A stretch of DNA of 64,000 nt from Octopus sinensis (taxonomy: Eukaryota): NCBI RefSeq assembly GCF_006345805.1, contig NC_043001.1, positions 23,188,001 through 23,252,000 of the forward strand. Reading direction: 5' to 3'. Shown here one piece after another: positions 48,816 to 63,050 of this stretch. The notes beneath the pieces were generated by a model. That model was not told the DNA's origin and made no database searches. It saw only the letters and a program-made list of their open reading frames with translations. The position numbers and the translations under genes are program-made. Numbering within the stretch: position 1 is the stretch's first letter; each line of letters opens with the position of its first letter.

Positions 48816-49031
48816 AAGAAAAGGATACAGTTCAAATTTATAGAAAACAAAAGATGAAGACAGGTGAAGGAACAACAAGCAGGTGTATTAGTTTGATGTT
48901 CGGGAAGAACGGAAAAGTCTTTGATGTTTCAAGCCTACACTCTTTGACAGAAAAATGGAGAGAGAAAAAATGTGTAGGGATTAACAGTTCAACATGATGA
49001 CATGGCCAGAATATACATATTATATACATAT

Positions 49032-49068
<37 letters not shown>

Positions 49069-49169
49069 TGGGTTTAAATGTTTGACAACTCAGCACCGTC
49101 CATTGGACAGGGGGCATTTTGCTCGTGCTTATAGTATTAGTTTTTTTTCTTTATATATATATCTATTCT

Positions 49170-50010
49170 GATGCGAGTTTTGGCAGCAAATATCAGAATT
49201 GAACAGCGAAATTGCTATGATGATTCGGTGTTCTGACTGAAGATTGAAGGCTTCGAATGATTTGTCTGTGTTCGGTTCGTCCCTCCTGTATTTCAAGTTC
49301 ATATATATAAAAAACATTCATTCTTTATTATTGCGGCGTTACGTGCACCCCCCCCGTTTGTTTGTCCAATTTTAAACCCTGCACGACTTTATACACACTG
49401 TCTTTTACTACACCGCATTGATTCTTCACCAAAATTTTGGCGCCCTCCGATTCTTCCCCTCTCTTCCTCCCATCCTCCTTAATCCCTTCTTTCTCCTCTC
49501 TTGGTCACTGATTCTGTCCCCTGCCTTCCACCCTCTTTGATCCCTCTCTCTCTGTCTCTCTTTCTCTCTCTCCTGCGACCTGCTGCTTCTTCAACCATTC
49601 TGTTGGCCTTCGTATCTCGACCAACATGTGTCCCAGCTACCGAAACGGTAATTATTTCTACGCCAGCTGCTATGTGTTTTGTTGTTTTGTCTCATTTGGT
49701 CTAAAGTCGTATGACAACCACCGTTATATATGTTTTGTTTTTTCTTACTGTTTTCAATTTCGTTGTCGTCTCTTGTATTCACATCCGTCTTGTGCGTTCA
49801 AATTCCTGTCTTCTACCAAGAAATCTAATGCTTACAGCTTAGTTTTTTTTCTTGGGGCTGGCCGAGTTGGAGCAAATATCAGATTGAACAGCCGAAATTT
49901 GCATGATGATTCGGGTTGATGAAGATTGAAGGCTTCGAATGATTTGTCTGTGTTCCGTGTTAGTCCCTTCTGTATTTCAGTTCAATTATATATAAAAAAC
50001 ATTCATTCTT
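49170..50010. mobile_element. Element with ~140-bp direct terminal repeats around a ~550-bp non-coding core (PLE-like or TRIM-like)
   Basis: gcaaatatcag..ttgaacagc.gaaatt..atgatgattcgg...gaagattgaaggcttcgaatgatttgtctgtgttc...tatataaaaaacattcattctt at ~49184-49325 and ~49870-50010, flanked by (TA)n. A related reverse fragment lies at ~8090-8165. Confidence 0.7.
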
Positions 50011-53000
50011 ATATATATATATATATATATATATTTAGATGTAGTTAAGTATATGTCCGTCATAGAGTGACCAATGGTTTCACATCCACAGCTCTAAAGC
50101 TAAAGACAAAAAAGTAACTCTTCACCTCTGGTGGGTAGGAACTTGTTAGTCATTTAGTCAATAGGTCACCAAAGAATGAAAATCGTGGGTCAACATTATA
50201 TGATACATTGATATATATATATATATACATACATACACACACACATATATATATATATTATATAGTTGAAATTTACAGAAAAACAAAAGACAAAGACAGG
50301 TGTATTAGTTTAATGCTTGGGAAGCTGAGAAAACCCTTTACATTTCAAGCCTATGCTCTTCAACAGAAAGGAACATGAGGAAATAAACAGAGAGAGAATA
50401 AAAAATTTTTTGGCGCTAGCAGTCAATCATGGCGGCTATATATATATATTATATATATATATTCTCTTATTATCTTCTGTCACTAGACTGAGACCATGCT
50501 TTGGTACTACCATAAAGGGATTTTAGTTGATTGCACCACTTCTAGTAGTTATTTTAGTCATAAAGTTACTTTATTGATGCCTATTTAATAAATCATTATG
50601 TGGAAGGATATACAGCAACACAAATATACATGTATAGATTTGTGTCATTCATAATCTTCATCACATTAGTATAATGCTTACTTTTCCATGCTCACATGAG
50701 TCAGATGAAATTTGTTGAGGCAGATATTCAACAGCTAAATTGCTCTTCCAGCCACCAAACAACATATTTCCCTAAGTCCTTTGTACATGAATAACACGAT
50801 GGTTAGACAAATTTCCATGAAAGAGTGCAAACAAATGACACCAGCAGCAATCCCTTCATGAGTATGTCATTTAATTTCAAAGCATATAGAAATATGTAAT
50901 TTAATTTTAATAATCAATATCAGAGTATATTCTAATTAAGTAAGACTTAGTATAAATAATACTAATGCGATTAGTCATCATCATCATCAGCGTTTGAACA
51001 TTCACTTTTCCACGTTTGCATGGGTTGAGCAAATTTTGTTCAGGTGGATTTTTTATGGTTGGATGCCTTTCCTATCACCAGCACTCACCTGTTTTCAAAT
51101 AAGGTAATTTTTCCTCATGGCTTGACATATTTGTGCAGAATATTGGAAATGAATGACACAATCGTTATACTATATATGGGTGTGTATGTATGTTTGTGTT
51201 AAATATACACAATTGTATTTGGATTATGAGAATGACACACTGCCTACTGAGCTACCAAGGCCTTTGTGCTTGAAAAGATACTACAGGCTAAGTAAAAGCA
51301 TGGTTGCCCTTGCATACAGGCTCATACCCCGCAACCCGCTCCAGCTGACCATCCCTAATCTTGCAGGCTTATAGGTGCTGGTGCTACGCAAAAAGCACTC
51401 AGTACAGTGTGTAGTGTTTGGCATTAGGAAGGGCATCCAGCCATAGAAACCATGTCAAAACAAACATGGAGCTTGAACAGCCCTTCAGATGGTCAGCTCC
51501 TGTCAAACCATCAAATCCATGTCTGCATGGAAAATGTATGTTAGATGATGTTGATGTATTTGTGCCAAGTTAAGGAATATAAAGGGACACACAAGTATGT
51601 ATATATGAACTTCAGCATGGTTTCCTCAACCAAATTTGATTCTCGTAGTGTTGGTAAAACTGAAGCTATGGCAGAAGACACATATCCAAGGGGCTTGATG
51701 TGAAATTGATCATGTAACCATACAATTGCAAATCAAACTTCTCCAGTACTTAACCAGACAGTCATGTCTCAATGTAAATTATGTCAGGCTCATGAAAGCT
51801 TCACTAAAATAAGTTATATGTAGCAGCTATTATATGGATATACAAACTGGTACCAAATTTTGGCATAAGGCCAGCAGTTTTAAGGAAGGGAACTAGATCG
51901 ATTATATGAACCCAGTGCCCAACTTGTGTTTATTTTATCAACCCTGAGAGGATTAAAGGCAAAGTTGCTCCCAGCAGCTTTTGAACTCAGAACATAAAGA
52001 CAGACAAAAGCATTTTACCCAGCCTGCAGTCTTAATGGGCATACAAATTAATATTTATGTGATTTTAGACGAATTTTGAACTTTATGTAATTCCTTATGA
52101 GTTTTTGCTTGAAGTTCTTAATCTTTTCAGAAATTACTTTGATCATTTTTATTCTTGTCTTGTGTTCTCCTCCCACAGAATGTTGTCTGCTGTTGTGCGT
52201 GCTTTATGTGTCATTTTATGTTGCTTCTGATTTATTATGAAATGAGAGGATTGGCAGACTAGTATCACTGGAAACATTTTAACATATTCTCTATGAGCAG
52301 TTTGTGTGTTAAAAGATATTGAATAGATATTTTGTGAGAGAGTCTATACAGAACAGCAATCAATAATTTTACATAGAATAGCCGTCCATAATACTGGTCT
52401 CTTAAAACTTTTAATACCAACTTGCCAGAGACAGCCACTACTAAAGTATTCATATTTAAATTAAGATCTCAGCCAGAATCTTATTTATTATAATATGAGT
52501 AATCTGGTGAAATTTCTGTTGGTCAACATTGCATGCCAGCTTAGGTTAAGTGTCTTTTACTATAGCCATAGCAGATCAAAGCTTCATGAATGAATCTGGT
52601 AGGTGGAAAATAAAAAAGCCCACTGTGTGTGTGTATGTATGTATGAGGAAGAGAGAGTTAGTGTCTCCTTGCCTTGATATCTTGTGGATGTTGTAACAAG
52701 TATTACCATGATACAAACAGTATTCTTCAGTTCTAGTCTTGGAAAATATGTTCAGCCAAGGGAGGAAATATTATCTGACTTGGAAACAGGTGAGGGCTAG
52801 CAATATGAAGGGCATCCAGCTATAGAAAATTTACCTCAACAAATTCCATCCAACTCGTACAAACATAGAGAAGTGGACGTTAAAAGGATGAAAATAAATC
52901 AAGAAATCATGAATAGTCAACTCATAAGAAATATAGTCACAAAAAGTTAAAGAGTAAATTTAAACTTATTCAATAGTGTGATACTTATATTTGATAGGCA

Positions 53001-53384
53001 GAGGTACCTAGCACTGCCCAATATTGTATCTAATTGACATGAGACAGAGGAGTGTAGTCTAACCCTTTAGCATTTAAACCAGCCAAATCTGGTCTCTCAT
53101 ACCTACCCTGCAATGTCATTCTAAAAATAAACAAATTGTATCATCAAAATCCCAAGGTTATGATATGATGCATGAATGGTTCAAAACAATGTCAATAAAG
53201 AAGCATTATAAGTGATGGAGTAATCCGAATGGCAAAGGGTAATGTGAAAATTGGCTGCTATATATGTCAGATTGAGCTATGTAGAGGTCTTGTTTATTGA
53301 TTCATGCATACATATAAACATACATGGGATAGTAGGGAAGTGAGGGAAATTAAGTATATTTTGGATATTTCTATCATTTCAAAA

Positions 53385-53687
53385 TACATGGTGCCGGTGG
53401 CATGTGAAAAGCACCAACCAATTGTGACTGATGCCAGTACCCCGAGTGACTCCCATGCCGGTGGCACATAAAAAGCACCATCTGAACGTGATTGTTGCTA
53501 GGCCTGCTTACTGGCCCCCATGTTGGTGGCACATAAAAAGCACCCACTCTTGGAGTAGTGGGCGTTAGAAAGGACATCCAGCTTTGGAAACTCTGGCAGA
53601 CCAGAATGGAGCCTGGTGCAGCTGCTGGCTCTCCAGACCTCAGTCAAACCATCCAACCCATACCAGCATGGAAAATGGACATTAATC

Positions 53688-53725
<38 letters not shown>
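53385..53725 (+). mobile_element. RTE LINE 3'-UTR fragment with long (GAT)n tail
   Basis: gtgccggtggcatgtgaaaagcacc...ccagcatggaaaatggacattaatcgatgatgat... Confidence 0.85.
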
Positions 53726-54222
53726 CTGTAGAAGCTCCATCATTAAATGAGATAGTAAGAAGCGCTTTGATAGAAAATTGATTGCTATTTCAGTCAGGTG
53801 TAGCTGCAACATTGATGTCTCTCTCGTTATCTCATATAGACACACATATAAACGTAAGCCAATTAGGTGTGATGTGAGGAAGATAAAAATGCAAGAGCTG
53901 CCAGGTTGAGAAATTATCACTGGCTCATATAAAGAGTCTAAGATACTTCTCACAGACGCTCAGAGATGCATCTTCAATGACATTCTTAGACTCTCAGTGA
54001 GTTTTGGGATAGAATGTGGTTTTAGGGAGAATTTACACCAGACAGTAAAGGTGTGGTTGCAGTGAGCTATGGCTGTGGTTTCAACCAGGCCTAGCTACTA
54101 CATACAGACCTCCCTTATTGACTCATGCACACATGTAAAGTATATAACAATGAGGTATGATTTGTGAGTAATTTCTAGCAGGTCATATTACTATACAGAG
54201 ACCTCAATTACTACTTCATATG

Positions 54223-54268
<46 letters not shown>

Positions 54269-54654
54269 CATATGCATATAGATAAGACAGTAGAAAAATA
54301 CATATTACTGAGTAGTTTGTTCAGATAGTCTTTTTAGGTATAACAATTACTAAGGTTAATTCTGACAGAAAATAATACTTTCCTGTCATTTAAAAATGAC
54401 TTATTCTCTAAAGTTGACATCTTGACTATATTTGATTTATTTGTCTTTCTCATGATGTTGGTAAGTGCAATTAGAGCAACCCAGAATCAAGTTATTAAAT
54501 GGGGACTTCTTTTAGTGTGACACCACGCATACACTCCAGTTCTTCTTACTGTTTATATGGTGTTGTTTTGAAAGGGTTCTATATTTGGGAATGGGGTTTC
54601 AAATTAAAGTTCTCTGTAGGTAAGTCTGTATTTGGATTACTCTTTTCATCTTTC

Positions 54655-54818
54655 ACGTGTTTCAGCCATTGAACTGTGGCTATGCCAGGGCACTGTCTTG
54701 AAGGAGTCAATACTTATTTAAGTCTGGTACTTACTCTATTGGTCTCTTTTGCTGAACTGCTAAGTTACAGAGATGCAAACAAACCAACACTGGTGTCAAG
54801 CATTGGGCAGGTAGGGGA

Positions 54819-54861
<43 letters not shown>

Positions 54862-55020
54862 AGAGAGGCTTTCACACAATTTCTGTATATCAAATTCACT
54901 CACAAAGAATTGGTTGACTCAGGTGTACAATACACTTGCTCAAGATGTTGCACAATGGAACAGAACTTGAAACCACATGGTTGCAAAGTGAGCGTCTTGG
55001 CCACCCAACCATGCCTGCAC
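54655..55020 (-). mobile_element. SINE family A; further near-complete minus copies at 56975-57350 and 59315-59665
   Basis: Same head, internal microsatellite and tail architecture as 36570-36957. Confidence 0.85.
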
Positions 55021-55168
55021 ATCTTGTAGTAGTTTCACTGCTGTTATTTATGTTTATGTTTAACCCTAAGACAGTACTGACCAAGGAAACTTATGGTTAA
55101 AGGCTCTTCTTTCCATGGCCATCCCATTTGTTTCTTATCTATGTTCAGTATTATTAAAGCCTCCAAAA

Positions 55169-55505
55169 CAGTGGTTCTCTATCAGAGTCAATATGACCCT
55201 GAGGATCCATATAAGATCTTGGAAGGTCCACACAAAAAGATAGTAAATTTAAGATCCACAATAGTACTTTAAGGGTCCCTGAAAAAAATTTTGCTTCAGA
55301 TGTATGTATTGGCATGTATTGTAAGAAACAGCTGGGTTTCTTTTTCCAACTTTCAATCTACACAAGTTAATGTGTAAAAAATAAAATAGAAATTTTTAAA
55401 GAAGTATCTATAAAACTAGTTTTTAAACATCAAATGGCTACGTAGGTTCACTAGAATAAAATAGTATTCAAAGGGGTCCATAGAGAAAAAATGGTTTGAT
55501 TTGAC
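55169..55505. mobile_element. hAT-type MITE, right TIR degenerate
   Basis: Starts cagtggttctc; subterminal ggggtccat/gggtccctg motifs; ends aaaaatggtttga. Confidence 0.55.
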
Positions 55506-57842
55506 AATCCACTCAAGAAGGGTTTTACAATACACTTTTCACCTCAAGGAGTTGTCAAGCTGTTTTGATCATCATCCCTCCTTGCCCTCACTCTATGTTA
55601 TGTTCTTTGTGTGCTTCTAATACTTTCTCTAGTCACCATTCCAGAGAGAGGGAGAGAGAGAAAGATGAGTAAGACAGAGCTAATGAGTAAGACAGAGACA
55701 GAGATAAAGAGCGAGACAGACAGACAGACAGACAAAAGTGAGACAGACAAAGAGGGAGAGAGAGACAGACAGCAAAAGATAAAAGACAGAATGAAGAAGG
55801 GAGAAAAAAACAGTTTGACATCACATAAGAATAATTTTGACTTTTGTTTTCTAACATAACCATACTTTCAACACATTTTGCCCAATACTCCTCCATTTCA
55901 AATTTCTCTTTTTCTCCATCTCCCTTCTTCACAGACAGCAGGGTGTGGTTTGCGGGGGATCCAGCCATATTTCTCAAAATAAATGTTATGAACTTTCATG
56001 TGAGATGGTGAACAATAATATATATTGTTTTGTGGGTGTTCATTATGTAGAACTTGAATAGAAGGTAGACATAACTGATATATATATATATATATATACA
56101 TATATACTATCTTACATGGGCAAGACTAAATATAGCACACTTAACAGACATGTTTGTGTAACTATTCTATATATGTATGTGCGGAGAAGAAAAATTGAGT
56201 ATAATAAACTAAATTCACTATGTTAACTTGCAAATAGGTGAAAGATTTTGGCCGATATGAACAGAAAAGACAATATTTGTGTTGATATGGATATACTCTG
56301 TTGATATGGATATACAGACTTATGCCCAAAAGTATTCTAATGGTGACCATTCCCCATTTTATTTTAGTAAACCACATTATCCAGTATACCCTTTCTATTC
56401 CACGATTGTATGATGTGATATAAGGAATATTTAGTTCCTGCTTCTATTAGATCAAACGATCACAAAGTTTCTTTTGTCGCTGACTCACAGAAGGAGAAAC
56501 ATAATAGTAGTAGATTTGGGATTATCTAAGATCTAGTTTGAGTAATTATAAAAATGTTGGAAGCAATGTGGTTGGGGTCATGCACAAATGAAACATCTAA
56601 AAAGATACTGCATTGTGAACACACCTATAGAAGTAAAAGGATATAAATAGTAAAATGATGTTGATAGATATTGTGTGATGTAATTATACCGTTTATATCT
56701 TTTATTTGTAAAGGCGTATGACCTAATGGTTACACTATTGCACTCCTGATCATTAGATCATGGGTTTGATTCCCTGACTGGGCGGTGCATTGTGTTCTTG
56801 AGCAAAACACTTCATTTCATGTTGCTCCTGTCCCCCTTTCAATCAGTGGGGAATGTAGGCTTGATTGCCTAGCCAGGAGGGTGGCGTCATTTGAAGGCTA
56901 AAACAATGTAAAAATGCATTGTGACCGGCAATGTGTAACATCTGATAACCTGGTTGATCATGTGATATCTTTTATACTTGTTTCAGTCATTAGACTGCAG
57001 CCGTGCTGGGGCACCAAATTAAAGAACTCTAAGTCAAACGAATTGATCCCCATACATATTCTTTTTAAGCCTGGTACTTCTTCTATCATTTGCCGAGACA
57101 CTACCCATGCCTGCATGGAAAGCAGACGTTAAACGATGATCAAAAACATCAACACCAGTTATCAAGAGGTGGTGAGGAACAAACACAAATACAAAGATAC
57201 ACACACACACACACGCCCGTTTCCCTCTACATAATCCACTCACAAGGCTTTGATCAGCCCCAAGGCTATAGTGGAAGATATTTGCCCAAGATGCCATGCA
57301 GTAGAAACCATGTGATTAGGAAACAAACTACTTACCACTCAACTATGCCTGCACCTAACATAGCCACACCTACACATAATTGACTATTTATCTTACATAC
57401 AATATCAGTCTACAGTTACTACCTATCTGAGTCACACACCTTCCGAATTTTTCTTTTAAAAGTTATAAACAACATGAATCTGTCAATAATTCAGAGAGAA
57501 GAAACTGCACCCAGTGCAGTCAGTAAATTGAATGACAAGTGAATATAGTGTCAATGGAGAACTTAATCTTTCTGAGGAAATGCTGGTGCTATCCAGTACA
57601 TTTTATAAAGTAGTTGGGATTTGAAGGGCATCAAGTTGATGTTCTGAACAGTAAATTTAGACTTACTGAGTATTATAACATAGAAATTAAGAGGTGAAAT
57701 GTATTTGGATGAATAGAACAGCAACTACAAGAAGTGTGAGGTGTGAATGATTAAGTTAAGGGTTGATTATCTGGAGTTTCATAATATAAATAAGTGAGAA
57801 ATAACATGATTTAACCATTTCGTGAGAAATAACATGATTTAA

Positions 57843-58048
57843 CCCTTTCATAACCTGGCGGAAACTGGCTCTGAGTACAAATGTCTTGTTTTCGTAAGTT
57901 TTGAATTAAAATCTTCCACCGAACCTTAGTCACAATTAATGTTCCTAACACTAGCTGAATGATAAGTTATTTTACTAAATTCTTTGTTATATTTAAAGTA
58001 ATTGAAAGAAATACGAAGCCTCTCAAAATAAATACAGTAATGAAAGGG
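57843..58048. mobile_element. piggyBac-type MITE (second family)
   Basis: TTAA|ccctttcat ... atgaaaggg|TTAA. A 28-bp tandem duplication (57794-57849) spans its left junction. Confidence 0.88.
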
Positions 58049-58149
58049 TTAAGAAAGTCGGGGGATTGGCTGCCTTATCATGGCTACCGAATAATTGTCA
58101 CATATTACATTTACAGATAAATTCCTCTATTTCCATAATATCAGAAAGT

Positions 58150-58580
58150 TGAGAAGAGAATCTGCATCAAATGTTGCCAAAAGCTTGGCAATACCTGCTC
58201 AGATGCCTATGCAAAGTGATGATAACTCAAGGATGGTGATTTGATGATTTCCCCTCACAATTGCACTCACATCTGTGATGTTTTTCTCAGTTCTGCTGGT
58301 TGCGGGACTCCCAGAACATTCATCAATACTGATATTTTTTCAACCATCTTGGAAACGTTTGAACCACTCATACACTTGTATGTGGCTCATACACTTTCTG
58401 CAACTTTGTGTAGGCTTCCGAGCAGGTATCGCCATGACAACTTTCTCTGTCATGATCAATGCGACAATCACATGCTACACACCTTCCTTCCAAGCACTGC
58501 TGTAAACAGCAGAAGTGAGCAAGAACGTTAAAACTTAGAGTGCATGCACAGCAAAGTTCAAGGTCAATCTTTGCCAAGCA
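58150..58580 (-). pseudogene. mariner transposase N-terminal relic
   Basis: GDTCSEAYTKLQKVY...QVYEWFKRFQDG*KNISIDERSGSPATSRTEKNITDV (HTH region), with stops and frameshifts. Confidence 0.85.
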
Positions 58581-59842
58581 GCTTCAATCTGTGTGCTTTA
58601 GCTTTGTTACTATGGCAATAATCTGGATACTTATTGATCAGATCTTATATACACATCCAATGGGCTTCTTTCAGTTTCCATCTACCAAATCCACTTAAGA
58701 AGTCTGTAGTCTGTCTTGAGCTATAGTAGAAGACACGTACCCAAGGTGGCATGAAGTGGAACTGAACACGAAACCATGTTGTTAGGAAGCAAACTGCTTA
58801 CCACACACACCTACGCTTGTGCCAATATAGAAATACATAATCAAACAAACAGTGTTTCTTGATTATATATTTTTCTATATAATCAAATCCCATACACTAG
58901 ATTCGCAGAAATATTCAAGTGGATGCTCACAATCCCACTTCAGTTTCACATCTACTAAGAATTGCTTGTATCCACTTAGATAGTAGCACAGAACTAAGAC
59001 AGGGATTCAATTATATAATTACTAATACACACATATTACAAATTCTATGCCTATGTGCATTATGAGACACACACACACACACCAGCACTCTTTCTGTCGT
59101 CATCACCATCATGCCTTTTAACGTCCACTTTCCATGCTGGCAAGCCAGATGCCTGCACTAGGCTCCAATCATATATATATACATATATATATATCATTTT
59201 TCATCTAGTTTCAGCTCACGAGCTATGGCCATGCTGGGGCACCGCCATTCAATAGTGTTGCGTCCAACATATATATATATATATATATATATATGCATAT
59301 TCTTTAATTCTTTCACTTGTTTTAGTCATTTGACTGCAGCCTTACCAGAGCACTGCCTTTAGTGAAACAAATCAATCTGAGGACTTATTCTTTGTAAGCC
59401 CAATACTTATTGTATTGGTCTCTTCTGCTGAATTGCTAAGTTACAGGGATATAAACACACCAGCATCGGTTGCCAAGCGATGGTAGGGGTACAAACACAG
59501 ATACACACAAATATATATATATATACACACACACACATACAATGGGCTTCTTCCAGTTTCCAGCTACCAAATCCATGCCTGAGGCTATAGTAGAAGACAT
59601 TTTCCCAAGGTGCCACACAGTGGGACTGAACCCGGAACCATGTGATTCTTATCACACAGCCATGCCTGTGTGTGTGTGTATATATATATACACACACACA
59701 CACATATATATTTTCAAGATTTTAAAATTACAAAAGCACATCATACAGATATGAAACTTTATTTCATATTAAAAAAAATAAGCATTATCAACGTTATTAG
59801 GTTTTAATAAAATATTTAGCAGAATTCGGTATAATCAATACC

Positions 59843-59879
<37 letters not shown>

Positions 59880-61121
59880 TGTAGCATTTTAAAGACATGT
59901 TTACAAAGAGCCAAACAGATTGAAACTAGAGAAATCTATGCTGAATTTCCTTTCTTCAACTCTTAACTTTTTCTAAAAAGATCATTTTTTAATAAAAGAA
60001 TTTTCGCCCTTTTACTTATTACTTTTGCTTTGCACTACTGCTAAGAAATTCTTATGTTAAATTATATCTCATTACTATGGTTTCAGCAAAAAGCCAAAAT
60101 ATAGGTTGCAATATAAGTCTAGAATATAATTAGAATGAATTAGTCAACTAAGAAAACAGAAATGGTGTGTGTGTGTGTGTGTGTGTGTGAGTGAGAAAGA
60201 GAGAGAAAGAGATTGAGTGAGTGTGCGTATATACACACATACATGGGGTGGGAATGATCAAAAGTAAACAGCTATTTTGAAAAATAGTAATTTATAAAAT
60301 AAAGCAAATGGGTATGTTTGTGTGAGTAGATAGATGGATAGAGAAAGTGGGGAGGATATAAGCATGACTGTAGGTTCTCAAATTAAATTTATTTTTTTTT
60401 TATTTTGCTTCTTAGTTTTATTAATTTCATGTTAAATGTATATTATCCTCTTTGTCGCTTTATTTCTTTAATTACCATTATTTTTCAAAAGATGTTAAAT
60501 TTGAAAGACCCTGTAATATATTTGATAGAACGCCTTTGTCTGATAAAGGGTTTTCAAACAAATTGAGAGGTATTTGGAATAGTGTCGTGCGATTAAAATA
60601 GAGAAAACAGACGGTAGAAATTAAGTGGAAAAAAATACCACCAGTTTCTAATTAAGGGTTCATGAACATTCTAATTAAGACTCTATGCGTATTGAGAAAG
60701 AATAAATCTAAGTAGTTCTACACAGAAATGCATAGTATAAAAGGATTAGTACATTAAAATACAAACAGAAAATAAATCAGATCACAAAAAGGAATGTTTC
60801 TGTTATAAAAGTTAATCTGGTATAATCATCACTCAAGGATGTATGATATTTTAATGAAATGTCTCATTGCTATTTATTGTTAGTTAAAATAATTATGTTC
60901 CATACATACATAAGAGTAACTGAAGTTGCTCATTTATAATGAAACTCTGAGTGCTGTCAGTAAGGAAATGAATGACTATGATAATGTTGAAACAATCACG
61001 CGGTGCAGATTTTGCTTCAACTGAATTCTATGATAACTTCGCTGTCGGCTTTCAGAAACGATATTATTTGTGCCTTCTCTAATACATAATTATAGTCCTC
61101 TAAAAGTAGGAGGTTTCTTAC

Positions 61122-61360
61122 CTGATTTATACTAATTATGTAAGAGTTTGCGGCAATTATTTTAAAATATAGAAATCGCAATAAAATTACAGAATAATCG
61201 CAGATATATAATGGAATGGAAAAAAAAACGATGGCATAGTGATGAGAAATGACAGCAGTTGATGTATACGTCTCGGTTTATATAGATTTTTGCAGCGAAC
61301 AAACAACAGCAATAACAAAGATAGATCAAAGAAAGTGATGACGCGGACACGTCAAGAATG
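61122..61360 (-). other. Candidate non-coding first exon (proximal) of the minus-strand gene
   Basis: Strong donor CAG|gtaaga at 61121 with CpG-enriched, non-repetitive sequence upstream. The exon start is not defined by sequence alone. Confidence 0.45.
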
Positions 61361-61670
61361 AATGAATGGTGATTGTAAAATAAAAAGGAGAAATAAAAAT
61401 GAATTTGGTTTCGTTCTATTTCAGATCAGTGACATAAAATACAATATCGAATTTAAATATAAAATTAAAACAAAGATGAATAATGAATGTTAATTATTTC
61501 ATTATCATTAAGATAACAGAAGAGAGATGCGGCACGTTAAATCAGTGTTTACATTTCTGATTCAGTTTACACTTGCACTCATCTCCGATTTAAAAAGAAA
61601 AGTCAGCCTAAAATAGACAAACATCGTTAAATGTATAATGGAAATTATGATAATAACAATTAATACTTAC

Positions 61671-61900
61671 TCTGCAGCTGTTTAATATCACTGAGTGGAA
61701 TCAAGAAAAAGTAATGTGAGAAGGTCAGCGGGTCAGTTAGACTTTAGTAATTTGTATAACCGAGAGAAAATCGTAATTAAAATGTTACTACTACTCGAGT
61801 GATAGTGATGCGAAAACGCAGGCAGCTAGGAACTCTGCTCAGATAGATATACGGAGGTCTGCGAGAATGTTAAATTATTTTGTGACAGTAAACTGCCCAA
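61671..61900 (-). other. Candidate non-coding first exon (distal)
   Basis: Donor AGA|gtaagt at 61670; CpG-enriched unique sequence. Confidence 0.4.
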
Positions 61901-63014
61901 GCTAGCTATGAAGCATGAATGACAAGCAGACAGCTTGAGAAATAGTAGTAGGCTAAGTCGAGAAGGAAATAAGCACATGGAAGTCCAAGACGGGTGAGAG
62001 AAACTGACTCCTATACAGGCACAATGGTCTCGTGCCTATGATCAATTTTCAAGTGTGGATATGTTTGACTGTATATCGAGAAAGATCGAAGACTTCCGGT
62101 AAAAACACATGGCTATTCGTAATCTTAGTCATCTTACTATTAAATCATTAACCGGGTGAATTTAATATATTTATTGTCAAAATCTAAGCCTCGGAGATTT
62201 AACAACTTTGCTTTTTTTTTTCCTTATTATTATGTTAATATTTTATTTTTTTTTTAGCTGTGTGAAATTATAGCTCGTATGTATTTTTTAAGTCTACATA
62301 CAGTTTTAATTTCGCTAACCCCCGCCCCAATAAAAAAAGTTCTTAAAGGGCACAACTACAAGTATCTTTACATCGATCAATTATCCATACTAACAAATGA
62401 TATAACATGGGCAGTTCGATGACAAAAATTTTTATATATTGGGGAATGACTTTGCAACTTTATTCGTATATCAGGAAAATGCTGTCCATGAATCATTCAT
62501 TAACAGGGAATGATAAAATAAAATAATAAAAAAGCAACGCATTTATTGACGATGTGATGGCTACCAGTGTGTGTGAGTGTGCGTGGTGTCCACTTTCACA
62601 TATAGTTGCTATACAAAATAACAATGATCATTTCTAATAGATTCCGATAAAAGGGATGTAATATTGCCCCTTCAGAGCCTGCTTTCAGGGCCACTGTAAT
62701 GATTTTGGATGAAAGTGTCCTTTCAAAATTCAAAGGGGCTGTGAACATTTTGGTTTTTTTTGGGGGTTTTTTTTTAATGTTTAGGGCAGGTACCTTTCAG
62801 ATATTCCTGGCCCCATCTTTTGATCTCTGTGTCATAGACCAATGTACAGACAGAACCCCACTCATATAGCCCCTGAACATATTTTCATATATCTTTGTTG
62901 AGAAATAGTCACTTTTTCTATACATCATATAATAGTTATCTTTCCTATATATATATATATATATATATACATACATACATACATACATACATACATACAC
63001 TCACATTTATATAT

Positions 63015-63050
<36 letters not shown>

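Larger units (their letters stand above)
61000..62300. promoter_or_regulatory. Promoter-like CpG-enriched, repeat-free region
   Basis: CpG visibly more frequent than in other unique sequence of the window. ETS-type ACTTCCGG at 62092-62099 and TGACGC at ~61339. No SINEs over roughly 60.3-62.9 kb. Confidence 0.5.
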
